32,000 nt of DNA from Candidatus Saccharimonadota bacterium. GTDB lineage: Bacteria > Patescibacteriota > Gracilibacteria > BD1-5 > UBA2023. Each line of letters opens with the position of its first letter. Positions within the stretch are counted from its first letter, which is position 1. The translations under genes and the position numbers were made by a program. Positions 1 through 8,004 of this stretch are shown in pieces. The DNA lies in the NCBI GenBank assembly GCA_046350815.1, contig JAXLZO010000001.1, positions 900,001 to 932,000 of the forward strand, read 5' to 3'. The notes under the pieces were generated by a model, which searched no databases, was not told the DNA's origin, and saw only the letters and a list, made by a program, of their open reading frames with translations.

Positions 1-25
1 GAAAATTCATAGAGGAATTTTTGGA

Positions 26-53
26 ATAAAAAAAGCCCTACGTGGTGTAGGGC
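26..53 (-). terminator. rho-independent terminator after CDS 77..445
   Basis: GCCCTAC-N5-GTAGGGC stem (35-53), followed on the minus strand by a T run (plus-strand A run 26-34). Confidence 0.6.
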
Positions 54-76
54 AAAGGGTGCTAGCAAGACGAGTT

Positions 77-445
77 TTAGTGAATAGTCACGCCGGAACC
101 AAGGGGGAATTCAATGGACTCCTCCGAAAAGTTCGGTTGCAATCCAGTTTTCACACAGATTGCTGTCATCACCGTTTCTTCATTTGGACGAAAAATCGGA
201 ATGAGTGCGACGATACCGTCCAGATCTTGCGTACACAACGATGCAGCTGCCGCGAATACCGCAGCAATGCGATAGTGCGTCTTTGAACGCTTTGCATCCA
301 GAGATGCTTGAAGCAGGTAGTCCCGTGCACGATCATTGAGATTCCAGGAACGAGCCATGGAATTCACAATCGAACGAACGAGATCTTCACTGCGTTCTTC
401 CTGGGTTATGCACTCAAGAAGTTGCTCCAGTATGGATTGAGACAT
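77..445 (-). CDS. hypothetical protein (122 aa), last gene of the phage-like module in this window
   Basis: Intact ORF with a TAA stop and no internal TGA; co-oriented with the phage replication genes; terminator directly downstream. Confidence 0.55.
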   Translation of the reverse strand: MSQSILEQLLECITQEERSEDLVRSIVNSMARSWNLNDRARDYLLQASLDAKRSKTHYRIAAVFAAAASLCTQDLDGIVALIPIFRPNEETVMTAICVKTGLQPNFSEESIEFPLGSGVTIH

Positions 446-521
446 GATTTACTCCTCTTTATTCGTGTCTGTTTCTATATTTTATGTATATTTATATACT
501 AGTCAATATAATTATATGCTA

Positions 522-692
522 CTATCATGTTTTCTCCTTTCTCTTCTGCCAATCCTTGAATCCGTTTTTGAGACTCTCTGGAGAGTGATATGGGACTCTC
601 ATATTTTGACGAATTCCTTCGGGAGTGTGGATTACCTGCCCAATATCGATGAGATATTGCATGTAGCTATCCTTGGTTGGATCTGCAATCAT
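522..692 (-). CDS. small hypothetical protein (56 aa)
   Basis: ATG at 692, TAG stop, one terminal TGA read as Gly. It fills the gap between two co-oriented genes. No recognisable motif. Confidence 0.3.
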
Positions 693-793
693 AGAGCTAG
701 ATTGTTATCACCTTGAAGGCGAGAAATAAAAGAAAAATGCCCATCATAAGTAGGCATTTGTCGAGTTCGTGAGCGTGGGATGTTGGGATTCGT

Positions 794-1315
794 TTACGCA
801 TGTTTTTGTGTGCTGTAAGTTACGATCTCGGTGCTCGAACGTCGTCGATCTTCTCATCGCATCACAATGACGGTAGCATTATGGAGCACACGAGATACGA
901 TGCGTTCATTGAGTTTTTCTTTGAGTTCTTTTTCGGTGAGATTGGTGGTGAATATGGTCGGGAGTTTCTTGATCGATCGCTCATCGAGAATATAGGTAAG
1001 ATCTCGGATATATGCATCAGTGACATCGGAAACTCAGATGTCATCGTAGAGAACGAGTGATGAGCGAATGAGCATCTCGAGTGGATACATCTGGATAGAA
1101 CATTGCCATTCATCGGGTTTTCGATGATTCATGAGTCCTGAGGCAATGTATTTTTTGAATTTTGCATCACTGATTTCATACTTGATACTCTCACTGTTGT
1201 ATTTCTCCATGAGCTTCTTGGCAATGTATGTCTTGCCAACCCCTACCGGTCAACAGATCACAAGATTCTTCGAGAAGTCGAAACTCTCAAAAAAATCAGA
1301 AGTAATTTCAGTCAT
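794..1315 (-). CDS. DnaC/IstB-like AAA+ helicase-loader ATPase (173 aa)
   Basis: ATG 1315, TAA 794-796, three in-frame TGA. Walker A 'C-G(TGA 1250-1252)-PVGVGKT', Walker B 'LVLYDDIG', 'TIFTTNL'. Lies immediately after the replisome-organizer gene. Confidence 0.75.
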
Positions 1316-1323
1316 AGGAAAAA

Positions 1324-1962
1324 TTAGAAGTTGAAATTGTCTCGATCTCTCTCGTGAGATGGTTTTTCTTTTTTTGCGGAACTTTTCTCAAGCCAGTTTT
1401 TTGTAGTAAGAAAAAGAGATTTGTATTTTGTATTTCCCTTATAGTTTTCTATCTGGTCCAAAATCTCATCGATCTGAACTTTTGAAAATCATAGGGTGAT
1501 GAGTTTTTGAAATTCATCCTGCGAAATTGAAAGATGTGCGAATTGCCTATATGTATTAATACTAATATTTATATTAGTATTATTCTTTCTTTCTTTAGTG
1601 GTGGTTATCCGTTGGTTATTTGCTGGTTGCTCGTTTGTTGCTTGGTTGGTTATTTCACCTTGATACAAATCATATTTTTCTATTGTCAGCTTGGTGTAGT
1701 AGCTGGTTGTTTCGCTGGTTATTTCGTTGGTTGATTTTAACCGAGTGAGACACGTGCGAATTTGTTGGTCTGAGAGGCCTGTTTCCTTTGATAATTTGTC
1801 TCGAGAGGTGATAAATTCTCAGCGTTTTATCATTTTTCCTTTCCATTTTTTATCCGCATAATTTGCCTTGAGGAGGATATGGAGAAAGAGTCGCATAGTG
1901 TTAATATCGTCATACCACTCCCACTCAAGCATTTTTCGATGGAGTTTGATATAACCTTCCAT
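1324..1962 (-). CDS. phage replisome organizer / DnaD-like replication initiation protein (212 aa)
   Basis: N-terminus 'LHRKMLEWEWYDDINTMRLFLHILLKANY..WKG..KRGEFITS' and C-terminus 'FAHLSISQDEF..L..GFS...IDEILDQIENY..YKSLFLTTKNW' are typical of phage replication proteins. Two in-frame TGA. The low-complexity linker carries the iterons. Confidence 0.65.
1557..1582. repeat. AT-rich perfect palindrome (12-bp arms, 2-bp spacer)
   Basis: TAATACTAATAT-TT-ATATTAGTATTA read directly from the sequence; lies next to the iteron cluster. Confidence 0.7.
1601..1737. repeat. iteron-like array: about 8 copies of (C/T)TGGTT(A/G)TTT
   Basis: GTGGTTATCC, GTTGGTTATTT, GCTGGTTGCTC, CTTGGTTGGTTATTTC, GCTGGTTGTTTC, GCTGGTTATTTC, GTTGGTTGATTT, all inside the replication-initiator CDS. 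Confidence 0.55.
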
Positions 1963-1965
1963 ATG

Positions 1966-2235
1966 CTAAGTATTAGAAATTGGGCGTATCTCGTAACTGG
2001 TAAAGAGCTTGATGTGTTTGTTGCCTACGGTTACTCGTTTCTTGTTGCATACGATCATTTCACCATACCTGGCAAGTCGACGACGTGCATTGGATATGCG
2101 AGCGGTAACATTTGCAATACGAAAACCATTGACGGTAATGTTTGCGAGTTGGGAGCGTGTGATGTTTGGGTGTCGACGGATAATCTCAATGATTGCTTCC
2201 GTCTGGGAGCTTACATCGGTAATGTTGGGTTCCAT
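1966..2235 (-). CDS. small putative winged-helix DNA-binding protein (89 aa)
   Basis: Intact ORF with a TAG stop. 'IIEIIRRHPNITRSQLANI...NVTARISNARRRLARYG' looks like an HTH. Start overlaps the upstream gene's end. Confidence 0.5.
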   Translation of the reverse strand: MEPNITDVSSQTEAIIEIIRRHPNITRSQLANITVNGFRIANVTARISNARRRLARYGEMIVCNKKRVTVGNKHIKLFTSYEIRPISNT

Positions 2236-2633
2236 AGTGGTGCTTCATTAGGAAGAGGGATATAAACCTTGAGTGTTTTTCCAAATTCTCGGCATTTGTT
2301 CACATAGATCCAGAAATCATCTTCATTCAAAGTGGCAGTTGATCCAACCTTGGTCATTTTTCTCCGCTTATCACTTCGAAGCCGCACCTTTGTTGTGAGA
2401 AATGCACTCTTGAGTATCTCATGCATCTCGTCAGGATCATAACCTGTCTTCTCAGAGAGCATCTCAATGATGACTCAATGGTAGTAGCGATTCTCCGCTG
2501 GTGTACGAAGTGATTTTTCAAAAGCGAAAGAGACTCGAGCTGTTTTTCCAACATGTTTTGAAAGTGTTTTTTTCATGGATTCTATCTCAGCCCACTCAAG
2601 GCCATGTGGTGTTACCGTTGCGTGGAAATTCAT
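2211..2633 (-). CDS. NinB-like phage recombination protein (140 aa; alternative start at 2576)
   Basis: 'RTPAENRYYHG(TGA)VIIEMLSEKTGYDPDEMHEILK' and 'VGSTATLNEDDFWIYVNKCREFG' resemble NinB-family motifs. TAA stop at 2211. Confidence 0.5.
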
Positions 2634-2893
2634 GTTTTTGAACTCTTAGGAGTCTGTATAGATCTATCGAGTAACCATTGGACAATCTCTGATATCTCTC
2701 TCTCATCGTTCGTGACGAATTTGTAGAGTTCTGCAATTTCATTCATACGCTTGTTTCGTGGCATTGATTCTCGTGTCATGATATAACCGACGATAACGGA
2801 AAATGGAGTGGATTTTATCCAAGCATTTCGCATCTTGATATATACCTCAGTATCTTCGAGAATATCGTGGAGTCGTGCTCTATATTTTGGCAT
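2612..2893 (-). CDS. hypothetical phage protein (93 aa)
   Basis: The track ORF 2630..3007 ends at a TGA and continues to TAA at 2612. Internal ATG 2893 was chosen to avoid a 128-nt overlap with the upstream gene. Confidence 0.4.
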
Positions 2894-3110
2894 AATGATG
2901 TGATAGTTGTTTAAGTCGTGTTTTGAGTCATCGAATGAGGAGATCAGGATTTTTCCATCCTTTTGGGTATTCTTCAATCGCCTCAATTTCTGCAAGTATC
3001 CATTCACGCTGTCTTCGGATCTTTGCTATGGCAATACGTCGATTGATTGCAAGTGTATGTGATGAGACAGTAGAGGAAATAAGCGTCTTTGGCTCGGTAA
3101 AAAAGTTCAT
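2880..3110 (-). CDS. hypothetical phage protein (76 aa)
   Basis: The track ORF 2928..3110 ends at a TGA and continues to TAG at 2880. Charged, helical-looking sequence. Confidence 0.45.
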
Positions 3111-3120
3111 AATTGGTATT

Positions 3121-3158
3121 TTTGGAAATAAAATCCCCGATTCTTTATTTCGGGGATT
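3121..3158 (-). terminator. rho-independent terminator overlapping the stop of CDS 3145..3543
   Basis: AATCCCCGA-N9-TCGGGGATT stem, followed on the minus strand by TTTATTT. Confidence 0.55.
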
Positions 3159-3543
3159 GCAGGGAGTAGATTTGAGTGTAGCTTTTCTTGTCGCTCATGC
3201 CATGCTCTTTCTCATCGAGATCAATCTTGAGTTTGAGTGTATCTTCAAGCTCTTTGAGGGCATTCTTGGCGATGAGATATTCTGGTGTGTCGATATCGTA
3301 TTTGGCTCGTTGTGATACTCTGAGGGAGTATCATGCACCAAGCTCCCCGTAGGTTTCTTGGTGTCTGATTGCTCCATCTTTCGTATTCTTCTCGAGCTTT
3401 TCGAGGGCGTTCTTGAGGCGATTGGTAAATATATAGACACGCTCGGGAGATTCCTGGGAAATCTCCTCAAGATGAGCTATGAATGAATCAATGGAACTCA
3501 GCTGTGTGCGTAGCTCCTGTGAGGTAGAAAGTTCGATATTCAT
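3145..3543 (-). CDS. hypothetical coiled-coil phage protein (132 aa)
   Basis: The track ORF 3331..3543 ends at a TGA and continues in frame to TAA at 3145. Confidence 0.55.
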
Positions 3544-3548
3544 AGTGA

Positions 3549-4124
3549 TTATTCGTGATGAAATACCTCCTCTGCGTTGATTGGTTCATTCCATGATGAA
3601 TCGAATGGATCTTCTCCATAGAAGAGTGCATTGAGATTGATATAAGTAGCATTCAATGCTATCTCAATTTCTTCAGGAAGTGGAGATGGTGGGATAGGTG
3701 ATACGGTGTATTCTGTATCGGTTCCAGATCCTGTCTTATCGATAGATATATCGTATGCTTTGACAGGATTTCCCCATCATTTCTTGGTAGTAAGTGTGCG
3801 GAGTGATTCCTGAATTCATCGCTGAGTGAGTTCAAGAATTTCAACTCGATCGGTTGCATAGTTCCATACAACCATTGCCCAGAAGTGCTTGGTCTTTTGG
3901 CTCTTTGGATCTGGATTTTTCTGTGCTTCTTTTGAAGCTTTTTTATAGTTCTCTTCGTTATATGGAAGTCGAACCGGCTTTTTGTCAGCTGTCCAATATT
4001 CCCATCCGAGAATTGGAGATGAAAGAATTCGGAAGTTGTTTTCTCCATCTTGAAGTTTCATATAGCTGGAGTTGCTTGCTGGTGAAGTGTAAGAATCCGG
4101 AAGGAAAGATGATGATTGAGACAT
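3549..4124 (-). CDS. putative phage ssDNA-binding protein (191 aa; possibly gp32-like)
   Basis: Re-joined across two TGA. 'NFRILSSPILGWEYW', 'HFWAMVVWNY..RVEILELTQRG' and an acidic/aromatic C-terminal tail 'LFYGEDPFDSSWNEP'. Sits within the replication module. The family call is tentative. Confidence 0.45.
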
Positions 4125-4146
4125 ATGTGTGAAAATAATGAACGAA

Positions 4147-4317
4147 TTAGATGCCGTAGAATTCGGCTAAAAATGGATTGGATGATGGATTTTTTCTGAT
4201 CGCATCACGCTCTTTGATATCTTTGAGTGTTTGAAGCTCTGATATGAGGCGATCTATCTCATCTGCATTGAGCGTATTCTCTGCGATGGTATAGATGATG
4301 TTTATTTTTGCTTTCAT
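4147..4317 (-). CDS. small hypothetical phage protein (56 aa)
   Basis: ATG 4317, TAA 4147-4149; fills the gap between co-oriented genes. Confidence 0.4.
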   Translation of the reverse strand: MKAKINIIYTIAENTLNADEIDRLISELQTLKDIKERDAIRKNPSSNPFLAEFYGI

Positions 4318-4332
4318 ATATGGGAGAGAATA

Positions 4333-4366
4333 CAGAAAATAGAAGATCCTGAATCAAGTTCAGGAT
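4333..4366 (-). terminator. hairpin terminator after CDS 4395..4814
   Basis: ATCCTGAA-N5-TTCAGGAT stem (4346-4366), followed on the minus strand by CTTCTATTTTCT. Confidence 0.45.
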
Positions 4367-4394
4367 GACGAATTGTTTGATGGGAAGAATACAT

Positions 4395-4814
4395 CTATGA
4401 TTGGAGTACTCGTATCAGCTCATGGAATCGTGGGAGGAAGCTTCTGATAATCTCTCTTGCTTCCTCTGCCGTATATGATCGGTTGTTGCGTATTACTTGA
4501 ACTCGAGGAGATAATACCTCGATATACTCACCGTCTTGAAGATAGGACGGCCTATCCTCAAGAATGTATGGGTAGTCATTAGAACCATGTGGCGTTATCT
4601 TCGAGGTATTCATGTTCAAGTGTGAAAAGAAGTTGTGATATGGTGTGTCCTCTGAGAAAGTGAGAGGCAACAAGTCGCATATAGCGGAGATTGCCGAAAT
4701 AATGTCGGTATGAATCGATGCTCTGTGGAAGAGCCTGGGTGCAAATAATGTGTTCCATAGGTTTGTAGAAAATATTGTTTTTGAGGAAAGGAAAAATATG
4801 TGTAGAATTCTCAT
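4395..4814 (-). CDS. hypothetical protein (139 aa; the frame stays open upstream to 4952)
   Basis: Intact ORF with a TAG stop. The C-terminal half looks protein-like and the N-terminal half less so. The start is uncertain. Confidence 0.45.
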   Translation of the reverse strand: MRILHIFFLSSKTIFSTNLWNTLFAPRLFHRASIHTDIISAISAICDLLPLTFSEDTPYHNFFSHLNMNTSKITPHGSNDYPYILEDRPSYLQDGEYIEVLSPRVQVIRNNRSYTAEEAREIIRSFLPRFHELIRVLQS

Positions 4815-5025
4815 ATATTCATTTCATCACATATGTCATATACATGCAGTTCCGTTGAGTTCCCTGAATATGGAAGTATGCAATCTGAGATATGATTGAA
4901 TGAAGGGAAATCAAAGAAATACGACATTGTCGCAGTGTTGAAAATCACTCATTTGAATTCTACGATGGAAGCGAGTGGTGATCACATATGCTCGCTAGCA
5001 TCGGATCAAACCAATTCAAAGCTAT

Positions 5026-5283
5026 CTATGTCGATAGCCAAGGCAATGCAGTATGCGATGAATAAATCGAGATATCTTTCATGACTCTCTGATTTCATAT
5101 GATTGCATCTCTCTCATAGAAAGAGGTTTTTCAGGCTTGCATAAATTCCATCTTGATAATATTCTCTCTCGGGAATCTCGGGTCTTGCTCATCGAGGAGT
5201 TCGCTGAGTATCTCTGATTGTGTATTGTGTCCGATGCTTCGAATGCTTCCATTCGCATAGACAATAAAAAGAGTTGCTGGCAT
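5026..5283 (-). CDS. hypothetical protein (85 aa), first gene of the leftward phage-like operon
   Basis: ATG 5283, two in-frame TGA, TAG stop at 5026. Preferred over the overlapping track ORF 5079..5333, whose composition looks off-frame. Confidence 0.45.
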
Positions 5284-5387
5284 AGTTGCAAAAGTAACTG
5301 AAATAAATATGATTTCAGTGTCTTAGTCGACAAGACTGGTCAGTCCAGCGAATCGCATAAACGCGATGAGTCGGACAAACTGATTTT

Positions 5388-5417
5388 CCCCACCTGAACC
5401 GTGGGGATTTTCTTTTT
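5388..5417 (+). terminator. rho-independent terminator (plus strand) in the switch region
   Basis: CCCCAC-N7-GTGGGG stem followed by ATTTTCTTTTT. Confidence 0.5.
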
Positions 5418-5663
5418 CATTGAATTGTTTGTATTGTGAGTGAAACTACTAACAATAAAAGACAAATAAAAAAGACGTGTTATTCGCTATGAATGTGCTA
5501 ACGTCTCAAGTTTGGGGCTTTTGCCTTGGCTCTGTGATAGTTGCATCGGTATAGCGTGCAGGTCGTTAATGATCAGAGTGATGGTTTCTTATGTTTCCCT
5601 CACTTGGCATTACTATTGTATATGAATTTACTAACAATGCAAATTTATTTGTTATAATTTTAG

Positions 5664-5692
5664 TTGACAATTTGTACATTTATAAATATAAG
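5664..5692 (+). promoter_or_regulatory. sigma70-like promoter for the XRE repressor gene
   Basis: TTGACA (5664-5669), 17-nt spacer, TATAAG (5687-5692), 17 nt before the ATG. Confidence 0.5.
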
Positions 5693-5709
5693 TCTATATA
5701 ATAAACGCT

Positions 5710-6072
5710 ATGTTTGATGATAAAACCCCGCTCCTAAAAGAAATTTGAAGGTATTTTTCTGTGGAAAAAGAGCGTAAATGATTAACGAATACCCAGCTCG
5801 CAGAAAGAGTATGATCAACTCAATGATATATTAGCACTGTTCTCAATGGAAAGGCTTCTATATCAATCGAAAAGCTTTCTGAAATTGCTCTTAATGGGCT
5901 TTGAATACCAAAGTCTACTTTTGATGCAAAAGTTCAAGAGATCACCCGAAGACTCGTCGGAGTAGGGGAGAGCGACAATGATCCATATTCTCTCCTTGCA
6001 AAAGATGGTGTGAAACCTGAGGATATAGAGAAAGTGAAAGATTTTGTGCAATTTATAAAGAGCAAGTATTAG
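5710..6072 (+). CDS. XRE-family HTH transcriptional regulator (120 aa), CI-like position
   Basis: 'KERKG(TGA)LTNTQLAERVG(TGA)STQG(TGA)YISTVLNGKASISIEKLSEIA' is a canonical Cro/CI HTH. Five in-frame TGA, all at plausible Gly positions. Divergent from the phage replication operon. Confidence 0.85.
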
Positions 6073-6086
6073 GAGTAATAGAAATT

Positions 6087-6623
6087 ATGAAAAAACCATA
6101 CAATATTGCATTTATCGATGGACAAAATTTAATACTGAGTACTAAGAGGTGTGGTTGGAAGGTTGATATTTTCCGATTCAGAAAATTTCTTGAGGATAAG
6201 TATAGTGTAAGAGAAGCTTACTATTTTTTGTGATGTGTACAAGATGCTCAAGAAGATCTCTATTTTGATCTTCAAAGGGCCTGATTCATTGTTCAATTTC
6301 GAGAGCATTCATCCAATATGGCATGACTCAAAAAGTGAAATGTAGATACTGATATCGTTTTTGAAGTAATGCGAAGAGTAATCGAGTCAAAAGAGAATGA
6401 TGAAGATAGTTTTGATAAATTTGTTCTTGTTTCTGGAGATGGTGATTATATAAAAATGGTAAAGTTTCTTATCAAGAAAGAATTATTTGATAAGGTGCTT
6501 TTTCCTTGACCAAGATATTCATCACTCTATAAGCCAGTAAAAGAATTAGGTCTCACGGCTGCCCTCTATGATCCTGAGACTCAAAATAAAATTGAGTACA
6601 AAAAAACGAGAGAAGCGTCCTAG
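6087..6623 (+). CDS. NYN-domain (LabA/DUF88-like) putative ribonuclease (178 aa)
   Basis: 'AFIDGQNL', 'G(TGA)NVDTDIVFEVM', 'VLVSGDGDY'. AGGAG Shine-Dalgarno 12 nt upstream. Five in-frame TGA. Confidence 0.8.
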
Positions 6624-6639
6624 AGCACTAACGCTTTTC

Positions 6640-7266
6640 AGAACTTCTCTCAGTGGTGATGTACTACGATATTAGCACATACTCTGAAAAATGCAAATTT
6701 ATTTCCATCCTTGGGTCCAAAACCCTGTTTGCTTTCAAGCCGATTGTAACTAGAGTGTCAAGTGTATACATGACTCAATATAAATCAACATGGTGTACCG
6801 AAAAGCATCACATGCTGTCTATGACTGCAGGTATCACATAGTATGGATTACGAAATATAGAAGAAAATGTCTTACGAAACCAATTCAAGAATCAGTACAA
6901 CGAATCATAGAATGAATCTGCAAAGAACTCTACATCACACCCATTGCTATTGGTATGGAAGAAGATCATATACATGTATATCTGAGTATTCCTCTTGTAC
7001 ATCCAATTCCATTTGTAGTCCAAATGTTTAAATGAAGAAGCTCACACCATATATGGACCGATACAATATTTAAGTCTCATCTAAAAAACTTCTATTGGTG
7101 AGAAAAGAAATCTCTCTGGGCAGTGTGATACTTTTGTACAACAGTCTGAGCAGTAGATGGAGATATCATCAAAAAATATGTAGAACAACAATGAAAAGAA
7201 GATGTCGAAGGTGCAGAAATAGAAATTTAAAGCAAAACAAAAGCCACGGCGCTTTAGACCGTGGCT
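6640..7266 (+). mobile_element. IS200-type insertion sequence (tnpA only); the left boundary is approximate
   Basis: Y1/HUH transposase gene plus a 3' subterminal hairpin AGCCACGG-N9-CCGTGGCT (7242-7266). No tnpB. Confidence 0.6.
6790..7230 (+). CDS. tnpA: IS200/IS605-family Y1 (HUH) transposase TnpA (146 aa)
   Basis: 'YDCRYHIVWITKYRRK', 'DHIHVYLSIP', 'KG(TGA)RSS', 'YWG(TGA)EKKSLWAVG(TGA)YFCTTVG(TGA)AV', 'KKYVEQQ'. Six in-frame TGA. Confidence 0.9.
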
Positions 7267-7895
7267 AGATCGGTTGAGAGATTTTTACTTCATAAGTAAA
7301 ATTTTTCGTATTCTTCACCCTGAAAACTCTCCTCCATCACACTCTTTCCCACTCGCTCCACATCCTCGATATTTGCCTTGAGCAGGCTGATCTGACTATC
7401 AATATTGCCAAATACCTCATCGAGCTTCGCGACGATTTTGGATTGGGTGGAGAGGGGTGGGAGGGGGATTTCGACTTCTTTTAACTTTGTAGAAGAAAGC
7501 TCCTTAAAGGTCGTACCTGATCCTAAACTATTCAATAAATCTCTAGAATTGAGCAAGAAGTAATAGAGATAAATATAGTTTAATTCGCTTCATGGTACTA
7601 ATCATTTGCATCATTGATTTGTACACATTGGTACTGTATTAATAGCAAGATGACCAATAGGAGCACGAGATGAAAGAATAACAGAATTTATAGGAACTAT
7701 TTTTACTGATGAGTTATCAACTCCAGATTGTGTAATAGTTCTTGATGTATCCGATACATAAATATCCCCAAGTTGTCACATATCTTTCGGAGTAATCCAA
7801 AAAATACCCCCACTCCAATATTCTTGAATAGTTGTATCAGGAGTTCATCAATTTATAATTTCACAGACTTCGAAGAGTTTTTTTGTTGGGTACAT
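7254..7895 (-). CDS. hsdS: type I restriction-modification specificity subunit HsdS, single-TRD half-size form (213 aa)
   Basis: 'INGGTP..EYWSGGIFWITPKD', 'SSRAPIGHLAI', 'CTNQGCKGLVPG', 'FLLNSRD..GSGTTFKEL', 'IPLPPLSTQSKIVAKLD'. Many Gly are encoded by TGA. The TAA stop at 7254 lies inside the IS200 end hairpin. Confidence 0.85.
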
Positions 7896-7896
7896 T

Positions 7897-8004
7897 GATT
7901 TTATCAAATAACGATCAAATAAAGAATTGGCTTCTATAAAGGAAAATATTGAAATATATCTGAAATATCTAGGAATTTATCAAATAACCATCAAATAAGA
8001 ATTA
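7897..8004. repeat. two copies of a ~28-bp direct repeat flanking the hsdS upstream region
   Basis: TTTATCAAATAACGATCAAATAAAGAATT (7898-7926) versus TTTATCAAATAACCATCAAATAAGAATT (7977-8004): one mismatch and one indel. Each unit contains ATCAAATAA twice. Confidence 0.6.

Noticed and set aside
1534-1734. 66-aa plus-strand ORF rich in Gly/Leu/Val/Cys
   Set aside because: It is the antisense reading of the iteron (TGGTT) array inside the replication-initiator gene.
5079-5333. 84-aa track ORF (extendable upstream to about 5419 through the hairpin region)
   Set aside because: It has a Leu/Gln/Ser/Arg/Cys-biased, low-complexity sequence and would have to be translated through the terminator hairpin. 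The alternative frame (5026..5283) looks like a real protein. Both calls remain low-confidence.
5320-5417. tRNA, tmRNA or SRP RNA fragment marking a prophage att site
   Set aside because: The stem-loop GGTTCAG only superficially resembles a T-loop. There is no acceptor or anticodon structure and no SRP GGAA/AGCA motifs. No matching direct repeat of the tRNA-Asn 3' end was seen in the window.
6624-6790. Minus-strand open frame left of tnpA as the displaced second TRD of hsdS
   Set aside because: The ~56-codon frame shows none of the HsdS TRD or conserved-region motifs. It is probably IS200 left-end sequence, so truncation of hsdS by the IS remains only a hypothesis.
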